From positions 80 to 64,079 of the forward strand of contig SGYO01000008.1 of the NCBI GenBank assembly GCA_004321745.1: a stretch of DNA of 64,000 nt, in the 5' to 3' direction. Position 1 is the stretch's first letter. Each line of letters starts with the position of its first letter. The notes beneath the pieces are model-generated. The model worked only from the letters and a program-made list of their open reading frames with translations, searched no databases and was not told where the DNA came from. Source of the stretch: a bacterium (GTDB lineage: Bacteria > Fidelibacterota > Marinisomatia > Marinisomatales > UBA1611). Below are positions 1 to 9,795 of this stretch, one piece after another. The position numbers and the translations under genes were made by a program.

Positions 1-564
1 TAATAGTTTTCCACTTTTTGCATATAGCTCTTCTTTTGTTGGGAGTAGGTATTCTTTATCAACCCACGACCTTCTTTTTGGATAAGAAAGTCCTTTTACC
101 TTTGCATCTAGTGCTATGATGTAATGATCTCTATCATCTATTTTAATTGAGCCTTCTAAAGTTGCTTTGTAAAGCTGTTCAATTGGACGATCTTCCATCA
201 TATCATTGTATGACATATCTGATCCCATTACTGATTGTCTAAGCATATGACCAGAAATCTGGATGACTCTGTCAGTTTGTGGTGAGTAGGTATATAGTTT
301 TTCTCCTATTTTTAACATTTTTGTCCCAGCTTCTCTAGGGGGAGACAGATACTCAGTGAAAGCTAGCTCTGTACCGACTATCCAACTTTTTGACTCAATT
401 GTTCTACTATTTCGTCTACCTTTAATGACCATTTTACTAGTTATTACTCTAGAATCGGCATTTAGGTTTTTATCTATTGCCTTCATTATATCATTTGCAC
501 TCATTTGGTCATATTGAGTAAATAAAAAAGATGAAAGAAAAAATATAATTAGACAATTTTTCAT
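1..564 (-). CDS. LolA-like outer-membrane lipoprotein-sorting/carrier protein (periplasmic), C-terminus cut by window edge
   Basis: Not in the ORF track because there is no stop in the window. ATG at 564-562 overlaps the stop of the upstream permease by 4 nt, and the frame stays open to position 1. My translation is MKNCLIIFFLSSFLFTQYDQMSANDIMKAIDKN...KLYTYSPQTDRVIQISGHMLRQSVMGSDMSYNDM.... It has a signal peptide plus the 'YxP...R' and 'MGSDxSYxD' pattern I associate with the LolA_like family that accompanies FtsX-type ABC exporters. Confidence 0.6.
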   Translation of the reverse strand, partial: MKNCLIIFFLSSFLFTQYDQMSANDIMKAIDKNLNADSRVITSKMVIKGRRNSRTIESKSWIVGTELAFTEYLSPPREAGTKMLKIGEKLYTYSPQTDRVIQISGHMLRQSVMGSDMSYNDMMEDRPIEQLYKATLEGSIKIDDRDHYIIALDAKVKGLSYPKRRSWVDKEYLLPTKEELYAKSGKLL

Positions 565-2015
565 GATTCAAGTTCCTTAAATAATTGAGACATTTCTCTT
601 CTATAGATAGCAAAGCCAGCTAGCATTGTTCCTAAAACTGTAGCCAATACTCCTGGGATAAATCCAATGTAATATAGCTCTGAAGTTACTTTTGCATAAA
701 AAACATTAGGTAATACCATGTCACTAGACATTTGATTTATAGCTTCTGAATAATCTATACCATTTTCTTGAACGTAGTAGGTTAAAGAAACTCCTAAAAT
801 TGTTCCTAATAATGTGCCCACAAATCCTATAAGTAAAGCTTCAATGATCATAGATCTATATACTTGACTTTTGGACTCTCCAATCGCAAGGCGAAGCCCA
901 AATTCTCCATAGCGTCGTAAACCATTCATTAATCCCATATTCCATAGAACGATTGTAACAATGACTAGGAATATTCCTGCCATAACTCCCATAGCCACAT
1001 TACTAAAATCAACCATAGATGCAAGTTGACTAGCATCTCTTAAGGCAATCATTGTTGGAGCATATATAGCTGGATCTTCTACAGATAAATCTTCCCAGTC
1101 TTCATTATTATCGTACATTTGATTATCAGATAATGCATCTGTCCTTTGTCTTGGGAGCTTTCTTTTTTCGATGTCGCTAATCATATTCCACCCATTCATA
1201 TACGAAAGAGCATCATACGATGCTTCATCACGAAGTACTTTAGTAATACTATCGCTAATCGTTAAGTTAAAATCATTACGCATAGATGTAGCTTCGTTGT
1301 CATTATAATAAAGAGATTGATGGTAACCAAGTATTTCTGATGCTGCGCCTTCCATGCCAAGAGCTTGTCTTGCACCAGAAATATCGACTAGCATCATCTG
1401 TCTATCTACTTGCCCTTTATTCAAGTTAAATATTCCTGTTATTTCAAAATTATATGTAGTAAAAGCATTATCCATTGTGGTGCTTATCAAGGTTACAGTA
1501 CTACCAACATTAACACTTAACTGTTTTGCTAGTTTTGTGCTTATAAGAGCATCATTTGTATTTTTTGGGAGGTTGCCATGCAATAGATATTTTTCAAGTT
1601 CCCATATCTCTATTTGCCTAGAAGTTTTTGAATGAAAATCTATTCCAATTCCAAAAACTGGCCCTTGCTCTTTCGTGTCTCCATCTTCATTAGGTGTGTC
1701 TAATAATCCTCCAAAAGTTATACGAGGAGTCCAAAAATAATTTGGGTACAAATCAGAAAGATTTTGAATGATTTTATTGGTTTTAAATAGTGCAAGATCA
1801 TTGGGTAATTGACTACTTTCTTTTTCATATGCCTTAGTTACTACTTTTACATGGCCACTTGAAATTACAGCTGTACTTTGAAGGAAATTATTCATTGCCC
1901 CTTCCATAAACCCTATCCCAAATATGACAAGTGTTACAGTAATAATAATTGTTAATAATGGAAAAAGACTCCTAGAACGATCTCTTATTAATCCTTTTGC
2001 CAAAAATTTTATCAT
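561..2015 (-). CDS. ABC transporter permease, FtsX/MacB-LolE type (large periplasmic loop, 4 TM)
   Basis: 484 aa. N-terminal TM helix, a long soluble loop, then a C-terminal FtsX-like three-helix bundle (…LRLAIGESKSQVYRSMIIEALLIGFVGTLLG…). Shows 4-nt overlaps with both neighbouring genes. Confidence 0.8.
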   Translation of the reverse strand: MIKFLAKGLIRDRSRSLFPLLTIIITVTLVIFGIGFMEGAMNNFLQSTAVISSGHVKVVTKAYEKESSQLPNDLALFKTNKIIQNLSDLYPNYFWTPRITFGGLLDTPNEDGDTKEQGPVFGIGIDFHSKTSRQIEIWELEKYLLHGNLPKNTNDALISTKLAKQLSVNVGSTVTLISTTMDNAFTTYNFEITGIFNLNKGQVDRQMMLVDISGARQALGMEGAASEILGYHQSLYYNDNEATSMRNDFNLTISDSITKVLRDEASYDALSYMNGWNMISDIEKRKLPRQRTDALSDNQMYDNNEDWEDLSVEDPAIYAPTMIALRDASQLASMVDFSNVAMGVMAGIFLVIVTIVLWNMGLMNGLRRYGEFGLRLAIGESKSQVYRSMIIEALLIGFVGTLLGTILGVSLTYYVQENGIDYSEAINQMSSDMVLPNVFYAKVTSELYYIGFIPGVLATVLGTMLAGFAIYRREMSQLFKELES

Positions 2016-3190
2016 ACAGCTGCTTTCCCTCTAAGAGCATCTGTTGGTTTCATTCTGCTAATTTTTCTGGATGGTATATAGCTCACTATGAGTACAATAA
2101 TTGAAATTAAAACCATTGTCGATATAATTAAGCTTAGAGAGTAAACCGGGACCAATTTTTTTGCTACTAATATACCCATTTCTGCATAGTCTATAGGCAA
2201 AGGGATACCGTTTTCACCAAAGTAAAATAAAATTGGGCCAAATAAAATTAGAGCCATTGCACTTGCTAGTAATGCATTTAGAGCTCCTTCAAGGGTAAAA
2301 AGGGCAACTACTCTAGATCGGGTCATACCCAAAGCCATAAGGGTACCGATTTCTTTCCCTCTTCTAAAAATTGACAAAATTTGAGCATTGAATATACCCA
2401 TTGCTGCTAAAGCTAAAAGAATTGAATACATTACTTGAGCGCCAGGCTCATCTGCTTTGATAAGCGCTTCCATGTCTCTTATCATATAGTCTACATCATG
2501 ATGGATCCAATCTCCGGTATCTTGTATGACATCAAGACCTTTAGCATATGTAACATAGGTTGCTTGGTTTTCCAAAGCTAACATTGATTGAGCTTTTGAA
2601 AGCGGTATCCAAATGTGTCCTTGATCAAGTTTAAAATTTTCTGTTTCCATAATATGAACAATAGTTCCTTCATCTGCATCATAAGTACGGTCAGCATCTA
2701 GCCATCGTATTGTAAATGAATCTCCAATTTTTAGGTTAGAATTTTTTGCCATTTCACTACCTATAAGAACGGGAATGGTGATATCGTCATCTTGTTCAAG
2801 TACATCAGTGGGGATATTTACTATAGTTTGACCCGGGGTAATGCCTTTCATGATTGCAGGCATTATACGTCCATTTGGATAAATTGATGCCTGACTAACA
2901 AGTACACCAAAAGCATATTTTTGGTCTATTAATCTTTTGATTTTGGTAGGCATAACCGAATGAGAGTATTCGAATGTTCTAGGATCCATGGGGTCATATT
3001 CTGGGTGCCAGTATGTCCCCCCAGCAATTTCAGTTTCGATTGTTATATTCTTTGCATGTTTTCTCATGCCATCATACATACCTGAAACAAAAATAACCAA
3101 GAAAAGAGAAACTGATGTAACAAATACATTTAAGCTGGTTCTTAGCTTCGCTCCAAATAGATTTTTTATTGCAATGTTAAAAAGCATCAT
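2012..3190 (-). CDS. ABC transporter permease, FtsX/MacB-LolC type
   Basis: 392 aa. Same architecture as the neighbouring permease (…EIGTLMALGMTRSRVVALFTLEGALNALLAS…). Directly abuts the ATPase gene (3190/3191). Confidence 0.8.
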   Translation of the reverse strand: MMLFNIAIKNLFGAKLRTSLNVFVTSVSLFLVIFVSGMYDGMRKHAKNITIETEIAGGTYWHPEYDPMDPRTFEYSHSVMPTKIKRLIDQKYAFGVLVSQASIYPNGRIMPAIMKGITPGQTIVNIPTDVLEQDDDITIPVLIGSEMAKNSNLKIGDSFTIRWLDADRTYDADEGTIVHIMETENFKLDQGHIWIPLSKAQSMLALENQATYVTYAKGLDVIQDTGDWIHHDVDYMIRDMEALIKADEPGAQVMYSILLALAAMGIFNAQILSIFRRGKEIGTLMALGMTRSRVVALFTLEGALNALLASAMALILFGPILFYFGENGIPLPIDYAEMGILVAKKLVPVYSLSLIISTMVLISIIVLIVSYIPSRKISRMKPTDALRGKAAV

Positions 3191-3901
3191 TTATGAAAAT
3201 TTTGGAATGGATATTTTTTTGTCATTAAGGATTCTCCCATCTTCCAAATGAATTATTCGTTTAAGGTATCCCATAATTTTTTCATCATGTGTTGCAAATA
3301 CAAAGGAGGTTGACATTTCTGTGTTGAGTTTTGATAATATTTTCATGATGTTGTGAGAGTTTTCTGCATCTAGATTTGCTGTTGGCTCATCTGCAAGAAG
3401 TAATGCTGGTTCATGTACAATGGCCCTCGCTATCGCTGTGCGCTGGCATTCCCCACCACTCATTTGCGCTGGCTTTGAATTTATTTTATCTTGGAGCCCT
3501 ACCCATTCGATTGCTTGGGTTACTTTTTTTACTCTATCTGTTTTTTCTACATTATTGAGAATTAAAGGAAGTTCTACGTTTTCATATACTGTATAAACTG
3601 GAAGTAGGTTATAGCTTTGGAATATAAAGCCCATGTTTTTTCGTCTAATTTCAGCTCTCTCATTGTGGGAAGTCTTTTCTATTGATTTGTCAAGCACATT
3701 TACGCTACCGTGAGTAGCAGAATCCAGCCCTCCAATGATATTTAACAGAGTCGTTTTACCTGATCCTGATGGGCCAACTAATCCAACAAACTCGCCCTCA
3801 GCAAGGCTTAAATCAACGCTTTGCAGAGCTGTAAAATACCCCTCTCCAACCGAAAATTGTTTAACTAAATTTTTTATTTCGATTACGTTTTTGGTGCTCA
3901 T
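3191..3901 (-). CDS. ABC transporter ATP-binding protein (LolD/MacB-ATPase-like)
   Basis: Walker A GPSGSGKTT, signature MSGGECQR, Walker B LLLADEPT, H-loop ATHD. Confidence 0.92.
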   Translation of the reverse strand: MSTKNVIEIKNLVKQFSVGEGYFTALQSVDLSLAEGEFVGLVGPSGSGKTTLLNIIGGLDSATHGSVNVLDKSIEKTSHNERAEIRRKNMGFIFQSYNLLPVYTVYENVELPLILNNVEKTDRVKKVTQAIEWVGLQDKINSKPAQMSGGECQRTAIARAIVHEPALLLADEPTANLDAENSHNIMKILSKLNTEMSTSFVFATHDEKIMGYLKRIIHLEDGRILNDKKISIPKFS

Positions 3902-3910
3902 TGAAACTCC

Positions 3911-4993
3911 TTAATGATTGTATATAAACATAAATTGTATTCCTGTGCCAAACCCAGAAAGTGCTTTAGGTAATGAATTTAATGGCATATTATATTCATT
4001 TCTTTTGGGGTTCATGTAAATAATAATATTTAAACTATAAGAATCATACGTACTACTCCAACGTAGATATTGATAGGTCTTATTTTCTTCCCATTCTCTT
4101 TGAGAAATATACGTTGCTTGGTGAATCATACCGATAGGTAAGCTTGCCATATATGCAGAAAAATTTTGATTTGATTTTAAATTTTTACTCTCATTTTGAA
4201 TGTGCATCGACTCTATCATTACATAAACGCCATTTAAAAAGGGTAAAGTATAGTCAGCACCTATAGAAATCAGATTAATGTTTGACTTAGTAGATTTAAT
4301 TATTACGCTTTCATTCCAAAAGCCAATGAAGCCATCATATCTGTAATCGAAGGCTATTCTTTTATTAGAACCAACTACAGGTGTACCTATTTGTCCAATC
4401 GAGCGATTTGATCTTAAAGGGTCTTTATAATATGTGAAGCCAAAATCACCAAGTGCAGTAGTGATTTCACCTCTACCTCCATAGGTTAAGGTATCTACTT
4501 TATTGTTGATTACCCAAGAAGATAGTCCAATCATGTTAGATGAGAAGTACTGGAGTTTAAATGCTTCGACTCCATCAGTTTGCCCAGATGGGTCTTTTAT
4601 ATTAAAAGTGTCAAACCAAGAAAGAGGGCGTAGAATTTGTGTTGGCCCAAAAATAATTTTTTGAAGGCCAAATCGTGCTTCAATTTTCTCATTTGAGTAC
4701 CTAACCCATAAACGATGACTATCTTCAACGTTATCATAGAGCGAATCACCAACATAATATTTATTTAATTTATAAGCCCACTCAAAATCAATTAGCTCAT
4801 TCGTTGTGTTCTTCTTCTTAAAGGAAAGGGTCGGGACGTAACTAAAAATTGATTCATATGCTTGCCAATTATCAGGAACGTCATTACTAGTTATGCTACT
4901 AGCTAAAAGTTGACCTTTTAAATGCAAGTTTTGAGATATTGAAAGAGAATGTAATAAAAAGAATGAACTAGAACAAAGAAATGCCTTAAGCAT
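3911..4993 (-). CDS. Predicted outer-membrane beta-barrel protein, uncharacterised
   Basis: 360 aa. N-terminal signal-like segment and alternating aromatic/polar beta-strand pattern throughout, with an aromatic-rich C-terminus (…GIQFMFIYNH). Embedded in the ABC operon with an 8-nt overlap to the upstream gene. Confidence 0.5.
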   Translation of the reverse strand: MLKAFLCSSSFFLLHSLSISQNLHLKGQLLASSITSNDVPDNWQAYESIFSYVPTLSFKKKNTTNELIDFEWAYKLNKYYVGDSLYDNVEDSHRLWVRYSNEKIEARFGLQKIIFGPTQILRPLSWFDTFNIKDPSGQTDGVEAFKLQYFSSNMIGLSSWVINNKVDTLTYGGRGEITTALGDFGFTYYKDPLRSNRSIGQIGTPVVGSNKRIAFDYRYDGFIGFWNESVIIKSTKSNINLISIGADYTLPFLNGVYVMIESMHIQNESKNLKSNQNFSAYMASLPIGMIHQATYISQREWEENKTYQYLRWSSTYDSYSLNIIIYMNPKRNEYNMPLNSLPKALSGFGTGIQFMFIYNH

Positions 4994-5702
4994 ACATTCT
5001 CAAAATTGAAATAAGTGCCATCATGATCATGATTCCATTCTCAATCAAAGTTGCTACTGTCATTGGCAATTTGATAGCTGTCCCCAAGCAAGCACATTGG
5101 ATAGTTTGTTTGTTTTTTAGAACGTTAACTACTCCATAAGTTGTTATACCTAACAAAAGTATTGTAATTATAATTGATGTAAATAATTGGAAACGGAATA
5201 AAAACATTAACCCTAAAATTGTTTCAATAAATGGATATATCCAGCCATACAAAGGGAGTGCTTTTGCTAACGGATCATACATAGCAAAAGAGTTTGGGAA
5301 GCTTTTGTAATCCAAAAATTTAAAAAAACTAAAAACAATAAAGAAAATCCCCATAAAATCCATCATAAGATCATCTAAAGATTGATTAAAATTTATTATT
5401 ATTGATGTAAGACTAATGTAGCTGAGAATTAAAATTAATGGAAAAAGTTTTGCTAAGAACGACTCTTTATCATCGGCATTCACATCTTCAAAATATTTAA
5501 AAGGTTTAACGCTAAACTTATCAGGGAGTACTGAATGAATAACATCAATAGAAACATCTTCATTCGATTCAACTACAGCAAGGCCAGAGTCAAGTGAAAC
5601 TGTAACATTTTTAACGTTTCTAATACTTTCTATTGCTTTGGTAACTGTTGCTACACAGCTAGAGCAGGTCATTCCAGAAATTTTATATTGTAATTGTTTC
5701 AT
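4986..5702 (-). CDS. Heavy-metal-associated (HMA) domain fused to MauE/DoxX-like multi-TM protein
   Basis: N-terminal 'ISGMTCSSCVATVTKAI' is the classic GMTCxxC HMA metal-binding motif. The C-terminal part has about 4 TM helices with a 'QCACLG' CxC motif, as in MauE-family redox-associated membrane proteins. Confidence 0.7.
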   Translation of the reverse strand: MKQLQYKISGMTCSSCVATVTKAIESIRNVKNVTVSLDSGLAVVESNEDVSIDVIHSVLPDKFSVKPFKYFEDVNADDKESFLAKLFPLILILSYISLTSIIINFNQSLDDLMMDFMGIFFIVFSFFKFLDYKSFPNSFAMYDPLAKALPLYGWIYPFIETILGLMFLFRFQLFTSIIITILLLGITTYGVVNVLKNKQTIQCACLGTAIKLPMTVATLIENGIMIMMALISILRMYA

Positions 5703-5792
5703 ATATTTTTAAAAAACCAATAACCAAATATATTAAGTATGAGCAGAATATTTTAAATAAAGTTAATATTTATACCTCTTTGGTAAAATAAA

Positions 5793-8423
5793 ATGTCAAA
5801 TACATCTCTAGATAATAAATACAGCTCTTCATTTGTTGAAGGAAAATGGTACAAGCATTGGATTGAGAAAAATTATTTTCATGCTGATTCTAATTCAAAA
5901 AAAGAACCCTATACCATTGTTATTCCTCCACCAAACGTAACAGGCATGCTAACAGTAGGTCATGTTTTGAATAACACCATTCAAGATATTCTCATTAGAA
6001 AAGCTAGAATGGAAGGAAAAGAAGCTTGCTGGATTCCAGGCACTGACCATGCCTCTATAGCAACCGAGACTAAGGTAATTAAAATGCTAGAGGAACAAGG
6101 AATTGACAAAAATACTCTATCCAGAGAGGAGTTTTTAGATCACGCTTGGCAGTGGAAAGAAAAATATGGTGGCATTATAATTCAGCAGCTAAAAAAGCTT
6201 GGATGTTCTTGTGATTGGGAAAGAGAAAGATTCACAATGGATGAGGGATATTCCACAGCTGTTTTGGAAGGTTTTGTGAAATTATACGAAAAAGGATTGA
6301 TCTATAAAGGGCATAGATTGGTTAATTGGTGTCCTGTTTCAAAATCTGCAATCAGCGATGAGGAAGTAATTCATAAAGAAGTTGATGGACATCTATGGTA
6401 TTTCAGATATCCAATTAAAGATGAAAAGGAACATTTAATTGTTGCTACAACAAGGCCGGAAACTATGCTTGGGGATTCAGCCGTTGCAGTAAATCCTAAT
6501 GATGATAGGTATAGTAAACACATAGGGAAAAAAATTATTTTACCATTAGTTGGAAGAGAAATACCTATTATTTCAGATGACTACGTCGATCCTGAATTTG
6601 GTACTGGTTGTGTAAAAATAACTCCAGCTCATGATCCAAATGATTTTTTAATAGGTGAGAAGCATAACCTAGAATTCATTAATATAATGAATGAAGATGG
6701 TTCTATTAGCTGTACAGCTCCGTCTAAATATATGAACAAAGATAGATTCATCGCTCGAAAAGCAATTGTAAAAGATTTAGATAAACTAAATCTTTTACAT
6801 AAAATAGAAAATTACAAAAATAAAGTAGGTTATTCAGAAAGAGGCAATGTCCCGATAGAGTTTTATATGTCAGAGCAATGGTTTATGAAAATGACTGATT
6901 TAGCTAAACCTGCAATCAAGGCTGTAGAATCTGGAGAAATTAAATTTCATCCAAATCATTGGGTAAAAACCTATAATCATTGGATGGCCAACATTAAGGA
7001 TTGGTGCATAAGCAGGCAATTGACCTGGGGGCACCAAATTCCAGTCTGGTATCATAAAAATGATAAATCAAAAATACATGTTTCTGTTAATGGGCCTGAG
7101 GATATAGAAAATTGGGATCAAGAAAAAGATGTGTTAGATACCTGGGCAAGTTCATGGATTTGGCCTTTGGGAGTCCATAATTGGCCGCATGCGAGTAAAG
7201 ACATTGAAAAATTTTACCCTACAAATACGTTAGTAACTGGACCCGATATCATCTTTTTCTGGGTAGCGAGGATGATTATGACAGGATATGAATTTTTAGA
7301 TGATAAACCATTCACTGATGTTTATTTCACCTCTATTCTAAGAGATGAAGCGGGGAAAAAATTAAGCAAATCTCTTGGTAATTCTCCTGATCCTTTTGAT
7401 CTATTTGAAGAATATGGCACAGATGCTGTGCGTTTTGGTATCATGCTTATGGCTCCGCAAGGTTTAGATGTGCTCTTTGCAAAAGATAGACTAGAAATTG
7501 GTAGAAATTTCATGAACAAGTTATGGAACGCTTGTCGATTCGTTGATATGAACGCACCTGAAAATTGGGAAAAGCACGAACACCTAGATTATGAGTTTGA
7601 ATTAGCAGATAAGTGGATTTTAAACAAATTAAATGATGCAATTAAAAATTATAATAGTCAGTTAAAGCGTTTTTACTTCAATGAGGCCGCAAAAGTTTTA
7701 TATGATTTTGTTTGGAGCGATTTTTGCGATTGGTATATAGAAATAGCTAAAACTAGATTTTATTCTGAGGACATTGAAAGAAAAGCTATGACTTATGACG
7801 TATGCCTTCGGTGTATAAGAATAATTTTGCCTCTTATGCACCCATACACTCCGTTTATAACAGAAGAGCTCTGGGCTTATTTTAAAGAACAGGATCAATC
7901 TGATTTAATCATTGCATCTTGGCCAAAAGATGATATTCAAACTTATGATGACGTTGGTGATGATATGGAAGTCATCCAAGAATTAGTTACATCCATTAGG
8001 GCAATGAGAAGCAGGGTTAATATTCCTCCTTCAAAAAATGTAAAATTGATAATAAAGTGTAATGAAGATAAGAGATCTTTAATTTCACAAAATGATGAAT
8101 TATTAATATCTTTGGCAAAGCTTGATTCATATGAGTACAGTGAATCTAAAGATAAAATTTCAGAATCAGCCACATCAGTTGTGAGAGGTGTGGAATTATA
8201 TATTCCGTTAAAAGGATTAGTAGATTTAGAAAAGGAAAAGATGCAATTAACGAAGAGGAAGATAAAGATTGAAGATTTATTAAAAGGGATAGATAGAAAG
8301 CTCTCTAATGAAAACTTTATAAATAATGCTCCAGAAAAAATAATAAAAGGTGAAAAAGAAAAAGAACTAAGTTTAAAGGATGAATTAATAAAAATTAATT
8401 CTAACATTTCTATGCTATCATGA
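5793..8423 (+). CDS. valS: Valine--tRNA ligase
   Basis: 876 aa. HIGH-region 'PPPNVTGMLTVGHV', KMSKS 'KLSKSLGNS', and a C-terminal coiled-coil typical of ValRS. Confidence 0.97.
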   Translation: MSNTSLDNKYSSSFVEGKWYKHWIEKNYFHADSNSKKEPYTIVIPPPNVTGMLTVGHVLNNTIQDILIRKARMEGKEACWIPGTDHASIATETKVIKMLEEQGIDKNTLSREEFLDHAWQWKEKYGGIIIQQLKKLGCSCDWERERFTMDEGYSTAVLEGFVKLYEKGLIYKGHRLVNWCPVSKSAISDEEVIHKEVDGHLWYFRYPIKDEKEHLIVATTRPETMLGDSAVAVNPNDDRYSKHIGKKIILPLVGREIPIISDDYVDPEFGTGCVKITPAHDPNDFLIGEKHNLEFINIMNEDGSISCTAPSKYMNKDRFIARKAIVKDLDKLNLLHKIENYKNKVGYSERGNVPIEFYMSEQWFMKMTDLAKPAIKAVESGEIKFHPNHWVKTYNHWMANIKDWCISRQLTWGHQIPVWYHKNDKSKIHVSVNGPEDIENWDQEKDVLDTWASSWIWPLGVHNWPHASKDIEKFYPTNTLVTGPDIIFFWVARMIMTGYEFLDDKPFTDVYFTSILRDEAGKKLSKSLGNSPDPFDLFEEYGTDAVRFGIMLMAPQGLDVLFAKDRLEIGRNFMNKLWNACRFVDMNAPENWEKHEHLDYEFELADKWILNKLNDAIKNYNSQLKRFYFNEAAKVLYDFVWSDFCDWYIEIAKTRFYSEDIERKAMTYDVCLRCIRIILPLMHPYTPFITEELWAYFKEQDQSDLIIASWPKDDIQTYDDVGDDMEVIQELVTSIRAMRSRVNIPPSKNVKLIIKCNEDKRSLISQNDELLISLAKLDSYEYSESKDKISESATSVVRGVELYIPLKGLVDLEKEKMQLTKRKIKIEDLLKGIDRKLSNENFINNAPEKIIKGEKEKELSLKDELIKINSNISMLS

Positions 8424-9751
8424 AAAAATTATCTCTTCTCATTTTAATTAACATAATTTTTGCTCAAACATCGGAAAAAGCTAATGTAACTATCTACAAA
8501 GATGGGACTGCATTAGTTAAGCAAAAGATAGTTTGGGACAATATTCCAAAAGGGAAAAGCATAATAAAATATGACGATATCCCTAAAAGTATACAAAAAG
8601 ATACGCCCTTTATTAGTATTGAGAATGTCCAGGTTTTGAATCAAAAGTTTGTTGAAAAGATTTTTTCATCGAATAATTATTTTTCATCAAAAAAAGGAGA
8701 TTATATAACTGTAAAACTGAAGAATGAAAAAGCTGTGAGCGGTAATCTTTTGGAGATTTCAAGCAGCGTATTAACCATCCAGTTTAAATACAGTGTAAGA
8801 AGTTTTAATAGAGATAATATTGAATATATTGAGACAAAAGATAACATAAGTGCCCCTAATTTCTCACCTTACTTGCAATGGGAGATCAAAAATAATAAAG
8901 CTGGAAAAGTCAAGGCAAGTTTAGTGTATAAGTTAGGGAATGTATCTTGGGATGCGATTTATAGGCTTACAACTAATGGGCAAACTGAAGGTGAATTAGT
9001 TGTGGAGGGAGTTATACTTAATAACTCAAGTAAGGATTATTTTAATGCTAATATTAATCTAATTGAAGGTATTATAAATAAAAGCAAGCCCAAGCAGACA
9101 AATAATTACAGTGAAATGGCCATGTCTCGCAGCGTAGTGCAAAAAAACACCCCTGCAGAATTGGGAGATTATTATATCTACTCTACAGGGAGCATTCAGA
9201 GCTTTACTTCTGGAGAAAACATTACTGTTGGAATCTACGGCCCATTAAACGTGAATTATAAGAAAGTATATGTATTTGAAAACTTTGAGAGGCAGAAAAA
9301 AGATGAGCCTTTGAGAATTGAATACACTTTATCAAACACTGAAAAAGATGGATTAGGCATAGTCCTTCCTGCTGGTAAAGTAGATATTTATACCAATTCA
9401 AATAAAGGTGGTTTTGAGTTTATTGGGTCAGACAATATAGGACAAGTACCTAAAGGAGAATCATCTAAAATTCAAGCTGGATATGCCTTTGATATCACCG
9501 GAAAAAGAAAAGTAATAAACTATAACAGACAAAGAAAAAGTGAAGAAGCTGTGATCGAGTTAGCATTAAATAATTCAAAATCAGAAACTGCTTCAGTAAA
9601 AGTAATTGAGCATATTAATGGTGATTGGGTTATTAGAGACCCTTCCCACGACTATATTAAAGAAGATGCTTCTACAATACATTTTTTAATTGATGTTGAG
9701 CCTGGTAAAAAAGAGTTCATTACATACACATATAGAAAAGAGTGGAAATAG
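8420..9751 (+). CDS. Secreted DUF4139-like protein, function unknown
   Basis: 443 aa with a signal peptide (MKKLSLLILINIIFAQT). Shows segments I associate with DUF4139: 'LVYKLGNVSWDAIYRL', 'LPAGKVDIY', and a C-terminal 'ITYTYRKEW'. The start overlaps the valS stop (ATGA). Confidence 0.55.
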   Translation: MKKLSLLILINIIFAQTSEKANVTIYKDGTALVKQKIVWDNIPKGKSIIKYDDIPKSIQKDTPFISIENVQVLNQKFVEKIFSSNNYFSSKKGDYITVKLKNEKAVSGNLLEISSSVLTIQFKYSVRSFNRDNIEYIETKDNISAPNFSPYLQWEIKNNKAGKVKASLVYKLGNVSWDAIYRLTTNGQTEGELVVEGVILNNSSKDYFNANINLIEGIINKSKPKQTNNYSEMAMSRSVVQKNTPAELGDYYIYSTGSIQSFTSGENITVGIYGPLNVNYKKVYVFENFERQKKDEPLRIEYTLSNTEKDGLGIVLPAGKVDIYTNSNKGGFEFIGSDNIGQVPKGESSKIQAGYAFDITGKRKVINYNRQRKSEEAVIELALNNSKSETASVKVIEHINGDWVIRDPSHDYIKEDASTIHFLIDVEPGKKEFITYTYRKEWK

Positions 9752-9795
9752 CATTGTAGCTAAATTTATCAGCTGCAAATATCAATATTAGAATA

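Noticed and set aside
7943-8407. A 154-aa antisense ORF inside the valS C-terminal region. Similar long antisense ORFs occur at 59302-59778 (158 aa), 25461-25859 (132 aa), 32966-33319 (117 aa), 47550-47873 (107 aa), 37087-37395 and 36769-37065.
   Set aside because: Each lies fully inside a confidently identified gene on the other strand. Their translations are low-complexity (Ser/Phe/Ile/Leu-rich) with no motifs. Long stop-free antisense frames are expected by chance opposite AT-rich, Lys/Glu/Asn-rich coding sequence.
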